DNA of 20,000 bases, taken from contig NC_057719.1 in the NCBI RefSeq assembly GCF_004010195.1, positions 5,994,543 to 6,014,542 on the forward strand. Direction: 5' to 3'. Under the pieces are notes generated by a model. The model searched no databases. It was not told the DNA's origin and worked only from the letters and a program-made list of their open reading frames with translations. Position 1 is the stretch's first letter, and each line of letters begins with the position of its first letter. Shown piece after piece: positions 10,631-20,000 of this stretch. A program made the position numbers and the translations under genes. This stretch comes from Chiloscyllium plagiosum (lineage: Eukaryota).

Positions 10631-11948
10631 ACTTGACCAGGTGGCTCTCGTATGTTTGAGAGTTGTACCCCTCAGTCTGTATTCTGGCATCCAATACCTT
10701 TTTAGCCAGTGCATAAGCATTGGCACCTGGTCTGTGAAATAATACCCAGTGTGAGTCAATCTTTAACACATGGAGAAACCCTGACATAAATGTTCTTGAA
10801 TCCTGAATTACCAGCAGTTTCTATGGGCATTCAGTCTACTCCCTGTCCTAGCTGAGTTTTGCTCTAAACTGCATTACACCTGGATTAGATCAGTAACATG
10901 CTTAGCTGCCAATGGTTTTCTTAATCATTGATCATTTTTGTAAATAATTTTTCCCAGAAATGTTTTACTGATGCTTGTAAAATCTCAAATGGTAAGTCAG
11001 CTGGAAGTTGTATCTGATATTTGTGAATGTGCACTATTTACAATGTAGTACTGGGCTAGCTGCCATGAGCTGATCAGTTCAGGTCCCAATAGTGTGTGAA
11101 ATGGTAATTTTTAATTTCCTGAATCCATGGAAGCCATAGAACCATTGTGTTAGCAAGAAACCAATTAGTTCATTGACGTGATCCAGCTGACTTATGACCC
11201 TAGTCTCTCAATATTGCACAGACGTTATACCATTGAAACAGGTCATTCAGCCTGTGTCAGTGTTTATGTTCTCCCTTAGTTCTTACTGTCACATCAATAG
11301 ATCGTTCTGTTCCTTTCTACCTCACACTCACTGAATTCTCCTTAAATGCAGGATGTAAATTTGACTCCTGTTGCCAGCCGGAATGGCCTCAAAAACCACA
11401 CTATATTTAATTTTTTAAAAACTACAGACAGCAAGGCCAGGCAACACACACCGCCTTGCTGGTGTCACTCCATTCTTCAGATTGAATTTTTAAAAATAGA
11501 ATAACTTTTAGCTGATTGTCAAAAGAAAGAAACGTGGGCCTCTTCAATTTTATAGGCCACCAATCCCACCCTCGCAAAAGGTACATTTACCGCCTACGCA
11601 GGAGCCTTTTTTTGACATTTATAGAAACCTGGAGCACAGAAAGAGATTATTTAACCCATCATCCTGTTTGGCTTTTTGAAAGAACTGTCCAATGATTTCC
11701 ACACCCTACCTTTTCCCTAAAATCCTGCAAGTAAAGTTTCCATACAGACCTAATTGAGAATATTAATTGTATGCTTGTGAGTTTTATTAGGTGTCAGATC
11801 TGTTCCTGTTTTATAGGATAAGAAAATGGGCCAATCCTTGATTGATTTGTGAACTGACTAAGAGCCTTTCTGAAAAACAGCAGACACTAAACTTTTATTT
11901 CTTCTTGGACCTGAACCTTTAGCTAACGTTTCCTCAAACTTTGTTTTT

Positions 11949-12116
11949 GTCAGAAGTCACAAGACACCAGGTTATCATCTAACATGTTTATTTGAAATCC
12001 AAAGGAACAGCAGTCCGAAAGCTTGTGATTTCAAATAAACCTGTTGGACTATAATCTAATGTTATATGACTTCTGACTTTTTTTTCACGCAGTCCAACAC
12101 CTGCACCTCCACATCA
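11949..12116 (+). mobile_element. Palindromic non-autonomous PLE-derived element with an 8-bp TSD
   Basis: 51-bp inverted arms at 11949-11999 and 12027-12077 (41/51 matches by hand count). The spacer contains a hammerhead stem II-GAAA remnant (GGAACAGCAGTCC-GAAAGCTT). There is a 3' extension to 12116. TTGTTTTT flanks both sides (11941-11948, 12117-12124). Confidence 0.75.
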
Positions 12117-12296
12117 TTGTTTTTCTTGGCTTTAACATGTGGTCATTGTAAATGCACAGTTCGTTATCTGCAGTGTCCTCCTTGACCAATATTAATGGTA
12201 TTTGTTAGGTAGCAGCTGTTCCTATTTAAAAGGGTAATCAAAAGGCCACCCTTGGAACAGTTAGCCCTGCTTAGTCAGTTGGTTAAATCTTACTTA

Positions 12297-12546
12297 ACAG
12301 AGAGACATGTTGCTGAAGCTTTTTGTGTTGAAGTGATTAGGGCAAATGCACAAAGGTAAAATTTCAAACAATTTTACTACAAGCAAAATGATGTCGATTG
12401 ATCAGCAAGTTGACTCTGGCTGGGCAAGGCATTGCCATAGAGAAAGTGTGTTGTGGGAAAAAAAGAGTTTATTTGAAATTTTGGCACTCTCTTGCATTTA
12501 TCCAGATGAATGCAAGCTGAAGAGTTTCAGTGACATGTCTCTCTGT
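12297..12546. repeat. Old inverted-repeat element (about 70-bp arms), probably a second palindromic PLE derivative
   Basis: 12297-12368 and 12472-12546 are reverse-complementary. The outer 13 bp match perfectly (ACAGAGAGACATG / CATGTCTCTCTGT), 38 of the outer 53 match by hand count, and the inner ends pair TTTGAAATTTT / AAAATTTCAAA. Confidence 0.7.
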
Positions 12547-13098
12547 GTCCGGCAAATTCAGTTTCTGTACCACCTAGTTGGTTGACTTCAAAGCTAACAT
12601 GTTGATTGTTCTTAACATCTGGCATACATGATGCAGAAGAAATCACGTGGAACCTGGCCACTGAATGGTTGTTCTGGAGGTGTTTTCAGGATGTCCTTCT
12701 GTTGCTGTTAGGCCCCCCCCCCTTATACGTTGGGGTGATGTTAGAGATTTTTAAAAAATGTCAATGTAAGCAATTCAACATGAAGAAAATAAAGTGTAAG
12801 TAAAAGGTGCCTGTGAAGAAAAAAAGGGAGTAAAGACCCAATCCTGATAATGAAGTTTGACTTAAATTCCCCGATTGGGATTGAACTCGCTGGGAGGCTC
12901 TTCTGTTGGCTCAATTAAATCCAACTCTTGTCTCCTACCAGAGCCATTGTTAATCCAATACTTCCTGAGTCTGCAGTTCTAGCATGAGGATAGAATTGCT
13001 GCATTTAGTTAGATGACAGCTCAGAGGTTCCTGGAAGCTAACCCAATCAGCATGAAATCTGCTTAACTACCCATCTAGCTGAGGTGACTTTGCCAGAA

Positions 13099-14130
13099 TA
13101 ATAAAATAAAGAACTGTGGATGCTGGGAATCTGAAACAAAAACAGGAAGTGCTGGAGAAACTCTGTGGGTCTGGCAGCACTTGTGGAGAGAAAAACAAAG
13201 TTAACGTCAATCAGTTGACTATGCTGGGAGCAACCCATACAAAACAGGACCTAGGGGTATTGTGTGCAATAACGAACTTAGAGAAGGTATTCACATTTTG
13301 AAATTGTTAAACTTGATATTGAGTCCTGCATGCTGTAAGTTCCCCAAATGGAATCTGAGGTGGTGTTCCTCCAGTTTGTGTTGAGCTTCACTGGGACCCT
13401 GCAGCAGGTGGTGTATTGAAGCAGTAGGCAACTGAAACCTCAGGATCATCTTTGTAGACAGAACATAGGTGTTCTAGAAGTGGTCACCCAGTCTGTGTTT
13501 TGTCTCCCCAGTGTAGAGGCGACCACACTGTGAGCAGCAAATAGAATAGACTAGACAAGATTGCGTGAAATACCAGTAAATTGCTGCTTCACTTGGAAGT
13601 TGTGTCAGGGGTTTTGGATAGTGAGTAAGAAAAGTCGTACCTTCTGTGATTGTATGGAAAGATGCTGTGGGGTGTGAGGAAGTGTTGGGAATGGAAGAGG
13701 CGTGGACCAGGGTGTCCCAGCAGGAACAGCCTCTGCGGAAACCTAAGGGTGGGGAGGGGAATATGTATCTGGTGGTGGCAGTCTTCTGGAGGTGGTGGAA
13801 ATGCAGACTAGTGACCCTCAGGATGTGAATACTGATGGGATAGAGAGTGAGGACCAAGGGATCCTATCGTTGTTGTGGGAGGGAAGAGAAGGGGTGAGCG
13901 CAGAACTATGAAATATGGGCCAGATCTGGCTAAGAATCCTGTCAACCATGGCAAGGGATATTCATTTGAGGAAAAATGTGGACCTTTCAGAGGTCGGGAA
14001 CTGGTGTCATAAGAACATGCAACGGAGAAACTCCGAGAATGGATTGGAGTCTTTACAGAAAACATGATGTGGGGATGTATGGTCAAGGAAACTACGGGAG
14101 TCAGTGGGTTTGTAAGGGATGTTAGTCAAC
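13099..14130 (-). mobile_element. Degenerate Penelope-like element (RT thumb/linker, GIY-YIG and pseudo-LTR end)
   Basis: The minus strand gives CCSQCGRLYTGETKHRLGDHF, FQVKQQFT and LVLTLYPISIHI, the same family as 3980-4550. Terminal segment at 13099-13207. Confidence 0.8.
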
Positions 14131-14889
14131 ATGACTAAAGTATTCTTTAGCTATTTATTTCAAGGCTGGTTGTGGAATTAATTGGGTGTTACCATTTCTA
14201 CACTACAAAAGATATTCAGTAACTGAGAAACATATTTACAGTATCCAAGTTCCATGAAGTTGCTGTATAAATGCAAGTTCATACCTCATTTCTTTAATTT
14301 TGCTTTCTTCACATTTAGCTGTCCTTTGCATGGTTTCCTTTTCCTTTTTTATTGTGCCTGTAACTTTCATTTGAGAGTCAGTGTGAAAACTGAGCATGAT
14401 TACTGATATTTATGGCTGGAATGGGGGGAGACGTTGTTTTGCAATGGATCTGGTTAGTGAAAATGTCACAGACAGAAGCTGTTAAGCAGACTTCCTGATC
14501 CAGGGTCAGAGGAATCCAGTTTTCGGGAATGCACAAACAGGCAGAAGGTGCACCCCTGGCAAGTGCTTGACTGTGAAGTCAATCCACTGACGAGCTGAAG
14601 AAGGATCGGAACTGATAATACGACACAAATAACTACTCAGACACCTCCTACAAGCAGGCTGTTGGGCCTAGAACAAGCTACTGCTTTATTTTAGGGGGAG
14701 GTGTTTTCTGCTCAGTAAAGTGAAAGATGTAGAGAGCGAGAGAGAAATTGGTAGACTGAGCCAATCTAAAATCAAAGCAGGAAAGGATGGAATTACACAG
14801 CAGCTGAAATGAGTGAGACAGAGAGAGGGAGTGAGTGTTTTTGACCCGGGTCACTTGAAACAAATCTGTCTTAAAAGTACAGTACAATC

Positions 14890-16260
14890 ACTGTGACCAG
14901 TATTGTGAACAGTACTCTAGATGTTGTTTCACTAGTGCCTTGCATATCTGAAGCATAACCTCACTACTTTTGTATTCAGCTCTGCACTCGATAGCTTTCT
15001 ATTAGCTTTCCTAATTGCTTGTTATACCTGCATAGCTAATCTTCGTGATTTGTACACTGGAACACACAGATCTCTCTACATCTCAGAGTTTCTCAATCTC
15101 TCACCATCCTGCCAATGTGGGCAAGTTCACCCGTTACCATATTATACTCCATTTGACAGATCTTTGCACACTCACTTAACCCATCTATATCCCACTGCAG
15201 ATGTCCTCTTCACAACTTCCTTTCATAACTAGCTGCGTCCATGTGCAAATTTTAGCTACCATACCTCGAATCCCTTCAAGTCATTTATATAAATTGAAAA
15301 CAGTTGAGATCCCAGAAACAAAATTGTGGTATACCGCTCAAGACAAATACTGACAGTTACGCCTACCCTCTGCTTCCTGTTAACCAGCCAATCCTTTCTC
15401 CATACTAAACCTCACGCAATGAGCTTTTGTTTTCTGTAATAACCTTTACTGGCATTTTATCAATTTTTTCCTGGAAATCTACATACAGTACATCACAGCA
15501 CATGTTACCTGCTCCGAGAATTCCAGTATTTCTGTCATAAACATGATTTCTGTTTCGCAAAAGCATGTTCTTCCTGATTATCTTGAACTTATTTTCCTTA
15601 CAACAGATATTAAGCTAATTAGCCCTTGAACTCTGCTTTCTGTCTTCCTTTTTGAATGAAGAATTTGCACTTGGCTATCTTCCGATCTAATGGACCTTCC
15701 CTAAATCAAGGGGATTTTGAAAAATTACATCATAGTATCAACTAACTCACAAGACATTTCTTTTACGACCCTGGAATGAAGTCCATCAGAACCTGGGCAC
15801 TTTTGTTTAGATTAGATTCCCTACAGTATGGAAACAGGCCATTTGGTCCAACAAGTTCACACCAACCCTCCAAAGAGTAGCCCACCCAGACCCATTCCCC
15901 TACCCTATATTTACCCCTGACTGATGCACCTAACATTATGGGCAATTTAGCATGGCCAATGCACCTAACCTGCACATCTTTGGATTGTGGGAGGAAACAG
16001 GAGCATCCAGAGGAAACCCACACAGACACGGAGAGAATGTGCAAACTCCACGCAGACTCCACACTCACCCAAGAAGAGAATTGAAACCGGGTCCCTGGTG
16101 CTGTTAGGCAGCAGTACTAACCACTGGGTCACCGTGCCACCCTCGTTAATCTTATTAATCTACAATTTCAAGAGTTTACTAAATACCACTTCTCTGATAA
16201 CTGATTTTCTTGATTTAATCCATTTCTTGTTGTATTCCATTTCCTGATTTATCAATGCTT
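14890..16260 (-). mobile_element. Old CR1 LINE RT-region fragment, interrupted by a SINE
   Basis: The minus strand near 14895-14946 reads KALVKQHLEYCSQYW (YKALVRPHLEYC-like). Further decayed RT-like sequence continues to about 16260. Confidence 0.55.
15806..16142 (-). mobile_element. tRNA-derived V-SINE, HE1-like (elasmobranch)
   Basis: The minus-strand 5' head GGTGGCACGGTGACCCAGTGGTTAG...GGTTTCAATTC has Pol III A/B boxes. It is followed by the V-domain (TGTGTGGGTTTCCTCTGGATGCTCCTGTTTCCTCCCACAATCCAAAGATGTGCAGG) and a 3' tail shared with the LINE at 5195-5228, ending in AATCT repeats. Confidence 0.9.
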
Positions 16261-17359
16261 CTGGGATGACAATATAAGTTAATGTGTTCTCTCTTGTCTG
16301 TCAGCTAGGAATTTGGTACTGCCAACATCTGCCTTTTAAGTCCCTGTAAGATTTTTTAACCTAGTTACGCAGTTATTAAATCTGATGTCTTGTAACCACC
16401 ACACATTGCCACCGTTTGATCCTCCCAACCTCCGTGAGTTTACAGTGAATCAGTATCCTGTAAACATACCCATGTTGTAGTGTTCCCAGATATGGTTTTT
16501 GAGAAAAAAGCCAACATCTGGAAATTTCTGTTCATTCAGAAAGCAGGGCTGAATCAATCAACTTTCATGTGGTTATTGAGCACGCTTTGTCTTTATCTGA
16601 GGAAAAAAAAGTCCCATTTCTTTGATTTGAAACTCTGTCGAAGAGTTGACTTGCCTTTTGTAGAAAAGCAATGTAAGTGATGAATGTAAGAACGTCAGAC
16701 ACATTGAGCCTGTGGGGCAGGGAAATTGGTGCTTGCTTTAAGGAAACTCCATAATGATTTCTGAGTTTTGTTCAGCTCAGAGCTGAATGCAATTTAATCA
16801 GCATTTTTATCCACTCTCTTGTGGATATTTTTCCATTCAGTACCAGGCCCCTTCTAGAGAAATTAAATTTTGTTATCAGCTACCATTTTTGCCTGAAGCA
16901 TATATAAGAAATGAGCACTTACTTGTCGGTCTCTCCAGATTCAGTGTGTGATTTTGTCCTGGACAATTTAATAACTCATTAATGACACTACAAATGAGAA
17001 TATTCCTCATTGACCATTTCGTTGCTTCCACTATTAGGAAGATTGTGGATTAGTCTGAAACCCTGCACTGAGCAAGAGGGAGAAGGGATGGTTACACAGG
17101 CTCTCTGAAGTTTTAAGGAATGAGGGATTGAATTTCAGTGTACTATGATGGGTAAGTATACCTGAAGCAAGTGAAAGATCACTAAAATGAAACTTAACAC
17201 AGATTATAACTGGAGCAAATGAGTACACTAGCTAATAGAGGGAAGTATTTTGAACTTATTAAAATTAAAGCAAGGTGTTTGTAGATGAACTATACCTATA
17301 TAGTTAAGTCATCGGCAACATTTTAATTGCACTGCATTTCAAACAGAGGTTAGAAAGCA

Positions 17360-17680
17360 TAACAATCACTTGCATTTATATTGTGCCTTTAATATAGTAG
17401 ACCAGCCCATATTCACAAGAGCATTATCAAAGAAAGAGACCCCAAAGCCACAAGGAGATATTGGGGATAGGTAACTGAAAGCTGGGAGAAAGAGGAATGT
17501 TTAAGCACATTCTTAAAGGAAGGAAGTGAGGTAGAATGGTGGAGAAGTTAGGTAGGGAATTGGAAAAGTTAGGGAGGGAATTGTGAAGCTTAGAGCCTTG
17601 GAAACTGGAGACCTGGAGAACAGTGGTGGAGAGCTGCAAGTCAGGGATACACAAGTGACGGAGATGACGGTTAGTGGAGA
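17360..17680 (-). mobile_element. Old L2-like LINE 3' fragment
   Basis: acttgcatttatattgtgcctttaatatagta followed by a purine-rich stretch resembles the antisense L2 3' end. The minus strand gives KLHNSLP (LWNSLP-like). Confidence 0.45.
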
Positions 17681-18249
17681 AGAGATCTCAGTGTAGATTT
17701 GTGCTTTTTCTGGATAAAGCTCATAATACAGATGTAACTTGGCTTGAATGACATATTTGGAATTGGGCTGAATAGCAGTCCCGCTGTCCTTTTTTTAAAT
17801 TGGGGAAATCCAGAAGACCAGAGTGCAGAGCACCAAAAAGGTTGAAAAGAATAGGAGAGAAGATAAGGTATACCGAGACATAGTAGTTGTGGGAATTTAA
17901 ATTTGAGGTTTTAAGACTTGCAGGTCATAGGAGGAAAGGAAGACTGAAAGGAGACCGGGAGAATGGGCAGGTTGTCACATAACATGGGGAAAGGGGCTCT
18001 ACAATTTGGAAGGCCCAAGGATGCATAGGTCAAAATGGAATGAAGTGTGGTATCCAAACTCACTACTGAACTGCAGATCTCTACTATTTCTGTGGTTGCT
18101 CTGATGAATTTTGCACTCAGGACACATCTTACCTCTCAATATTTGTCTCTTGACCATGCACAGTTCTGGTCTCCATATTATGAAAGGATTTTGGATTAGT
18201 GGTGCTGGAAGGGCACAGCAGTTCAGGCAGCATCCGAGGAGCAGCAAAG

Positions 18250-18281
18250 TCGACGTTTTGGGCAAATGCCCTTCATCAGGA
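18250..18281 (-). ncRNA. Minimal type-I hammerhead ribozyme motif, core-mutated (G12 to A)
   Basis: The minus strand reads TC-CTGATGA-A-GGGC-ATTT-GCCC-AAAA-C-GTC-GA. Stem II is perfect but GAAA has become AAAA. Confidence 0.6.
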
Positions 18282-18384
18282 ATAAAGGCAGAGAGCCTGA
18301 AGGGTGGAGACATAAGCTAGAGGAGTGTGGGGGTGGGGAGAAAGTAGCATGGAGTACAATAGGTGAGTGGGGGAGGGGATGAAG

Positions 18385-18749
18385 NNNNNNNNNNNNNNNN
18401 NNNNNNNNNNNNNNNNNNNNNNNNNNNNNNNNNNNNNNNNNNNNNNNNNNNNNNNNNNNNNNNNNNNNNNNNNNNNNNNNNNNNNNNNNNNNNNNNNNNN
18501 NNNNNNNNNNNNNNNNNNNNNNNNNNNNNNNNNNNNNNNNNNNNNNNNNNNNNNNNNNNNNNNNNNNNNNNNNNNNNNNNNNNNNNNNNNNNNNNNNNNN
18601 NNNNNNNNNNNNNNNNNNNNNNNNNNNNNNNNNNNNNNNNNNNNNNNNNNNNNNNNNNNNNNNNNNNNNNNNNNNNNNNNNNNNNNNNNNNNNNNNNNNN
18701 NNNNNNNNNNNNNNNNNNNNNNNNNNNNNNNNNNNNNNNNNNNNNNNNN
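18385..18749. other. Assembly gap (365 N)
   Basis: Run of N characters. Confidence 1.
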
Positions 18750-19776
18750 GAGATGTGTTGGAGGGCATCTTTAACCACGTGGGAAGGGAAATTGCGGTCT
18801 CTAAAGAAGGAGGCCATCTGGTGTGTTCTGTGGTGGAACTGGTCCTCCTGGGAGCAGATGCGGCGGAGGCGGGGGAATTGGGAATACGGGATGGCATTTT
18901 TGGAGGAGGTCGGGTGCAAAGAGGTGTAATCCAAGTAGCTGTGGGAGTCGGTGGGTTTGTAAAAAATGTCAGTGTCAAGTCGGTCGTCATTAATGGAGAT
19001 GGAGAGGTCCAGGAAGGGGAGGGAGGTGTAAGACATGGTCCAGATAAATTTAAGGTCAGGGTGGAATGTGTTGGTGAATTGCTCAATCTCCTTGCGGGAG
19101 CATGAGGTGGCGCCAATGCAGTCATCAATGTAGCGGAGGAAGAGGTGGGGAGTGGTGCCGGTGTAATTACGGAAGATCGACTGTTCTACGTAGTCAACAA
19201 AGAGATAGGCATAGCTGGGGCCCATCGTGTGCCCATGGCTACCTCTTTGGTCTGGAGGAAGTGGGAGGATTCGTAGGAGAAATTAAGGGTGAGGACCAGT
19301 TCGGCCAAACGAATGAGTGTGTTGGTGAAAGGGTACTGTTGGGGACGTCGGGAGAGGAAAAAACGGAGGGCTTGGAGACCCTGGTCATGGCAGATGGAAG
19401 TTTAGAGGGATTGGATATCCATGGTGAAGATGAGGCGTTGGGGGTCGGGGAAACGGAGGTCTTGGAGGAGGTGGAGGGCGTGGGTGGTGTCTCGAACGTA
19501 TGTGGGGAGTTAGGGGGGAATGGACAGTGTCGAGGTAGGTAGAGATGAGTTCAGTGGGGCAGGAGCATGCTGAGACAATTGGTCGACCAGGGTGGTCAGG
19601 CTTGTGGATATTGGGAAGGAGGTAGAACCGGGCAGTGCGGGGTTCCCAGACTATGAGGTTGGAAGCTGTGGGTGGGAGATCTCCTGAGGTGATGAGGTTC
19701 TGTATGGTCTGGGAGATGACGGTTTGGTGATGGAGGGTGGGGTCATGGTCGAGGGGGCAGTAGGAAGAGGTGTCCT

Positions 19777-19841
19777 TGGCGTAGCGGTAGTGTGCTAGGC
19801 TCATAGCCCAGAGGTTGATGGATCGAAACCATCCTCCGCTG
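19777..19841 (+). pseudogene. Initiator tRNA-Met(CAT) pseudogene fragment, tRNA position 8 to the 3' end
   Basis: TGGCGTAGCGGTAGTGTGCTAGGCTCATAGCCCAGAGGTTGATGGATCGAAACCATCCTCCGCTG matches 56/65 positions of the vertebrate tRNAiMet sequence as I recall it. It has the CAT anticodon and the initiator-specific T-loop GATCGAAAC. The 5' acceptor strand (AGCAGAG) is absent and there is no T4 terminator just downstream. Confidence 0.85.
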
Positions 19842-20000
19842 TTGCGCAATGTCTCCTTGAGCAGCTTTCTTTCTGCTGTGTCTGCCACCACATCCGCCCC
19901 CACCAACGCCACTCACCTGCATTCTGCTGACACGCCCCCCGCACATATCCCACTGTCACCATTCCCGGCCCCCAGAACCCTGAGGGGAGCACCACCCCTG

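Larger units (their letters stand above)
18192..19776 (-). mobile_element. Relatively young, 5'-truncated Penelope-like element (RT remnant and pseudo-LTR) spanning an assembly gap
   Basis: Minus-strand ORFs give FYLLPNIHKPDHPGRPIVSACSCPTE, MGPSYAYLFVDYVEQ, FLRYIDDCIG, LPFLDL and DIFYKPTDSHSYLDYTSLHP...AIPYSQF, all hallmark PLE RT motifs. Frameshifted. Linkage across the gap is assumed from the assembly. Confidence 0.92.

Noticed and set aside
14586..14612. CTGACGAG/CTGAAGAAG hammerhead-like words
   Set aside because: No stem II followed by GAAA, and no PLE context.
17541..17582. 21-bp imperfect tandem duplication (GGAGAAGTTAGGTAGGGAATT-like, two copies)
   Set aside because: An ordinary slippage duplication inside a decayed repeat, with only two units and no array structure.
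18223..19225. 300-aa ORFs in the ORF track
   Set aside because: Their length is inflated by the 365-N gap. The real portion is frameshifted PLE RT or its alternative frames, not a host gene.
19770..19841. Functional tRNA-iMet gene
   Set aside because: The 5' acceptor strand is missing, there are several substitutions including in the anticodon arm, and there is no adjacent oligo-T terminator.
19385..19912. 175-aa minus-strand ORF as a novel fusion protein
   Set aside because: It is a chance read-through of antisense tRNA into PLE RT and frameshifts out after STYLDTV. There is no support for expression.

Overview
Vertebrate nuclear DNA, most likely from an elasmobranch (shark) judging by the HE1-type SINE, HER1/CR1 LINEs and Penelope-like elements (PLEs). 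The only clear host coding sequence is one 203-bp internal exon (8792-8994, +) of TTC7B, so the rest of the window is probably its two flanking introns. These are packed with retroelement relics: CR1 and L2-like LINE fragments, a V-SINE, several PLE fragments, palindromic PLE derivatives, a 403-bp near-perfect tandem duplication and a 365-N assembly gap. Three signals stand out. (1) PLE termini carry minimal type-I hammerhead ribozyme motifs in several copies and families. (2) An initiator-tRNA(Met) fragment lacking its 5' acceptor strand is fused to the truncation point of a PLE, possibly as captured filler at an inversion junction. (3) A CR1-clade insertion has a twin-priming-type 5' inversion. 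Family assignments come from recognising motifs by eye; no database search was run.
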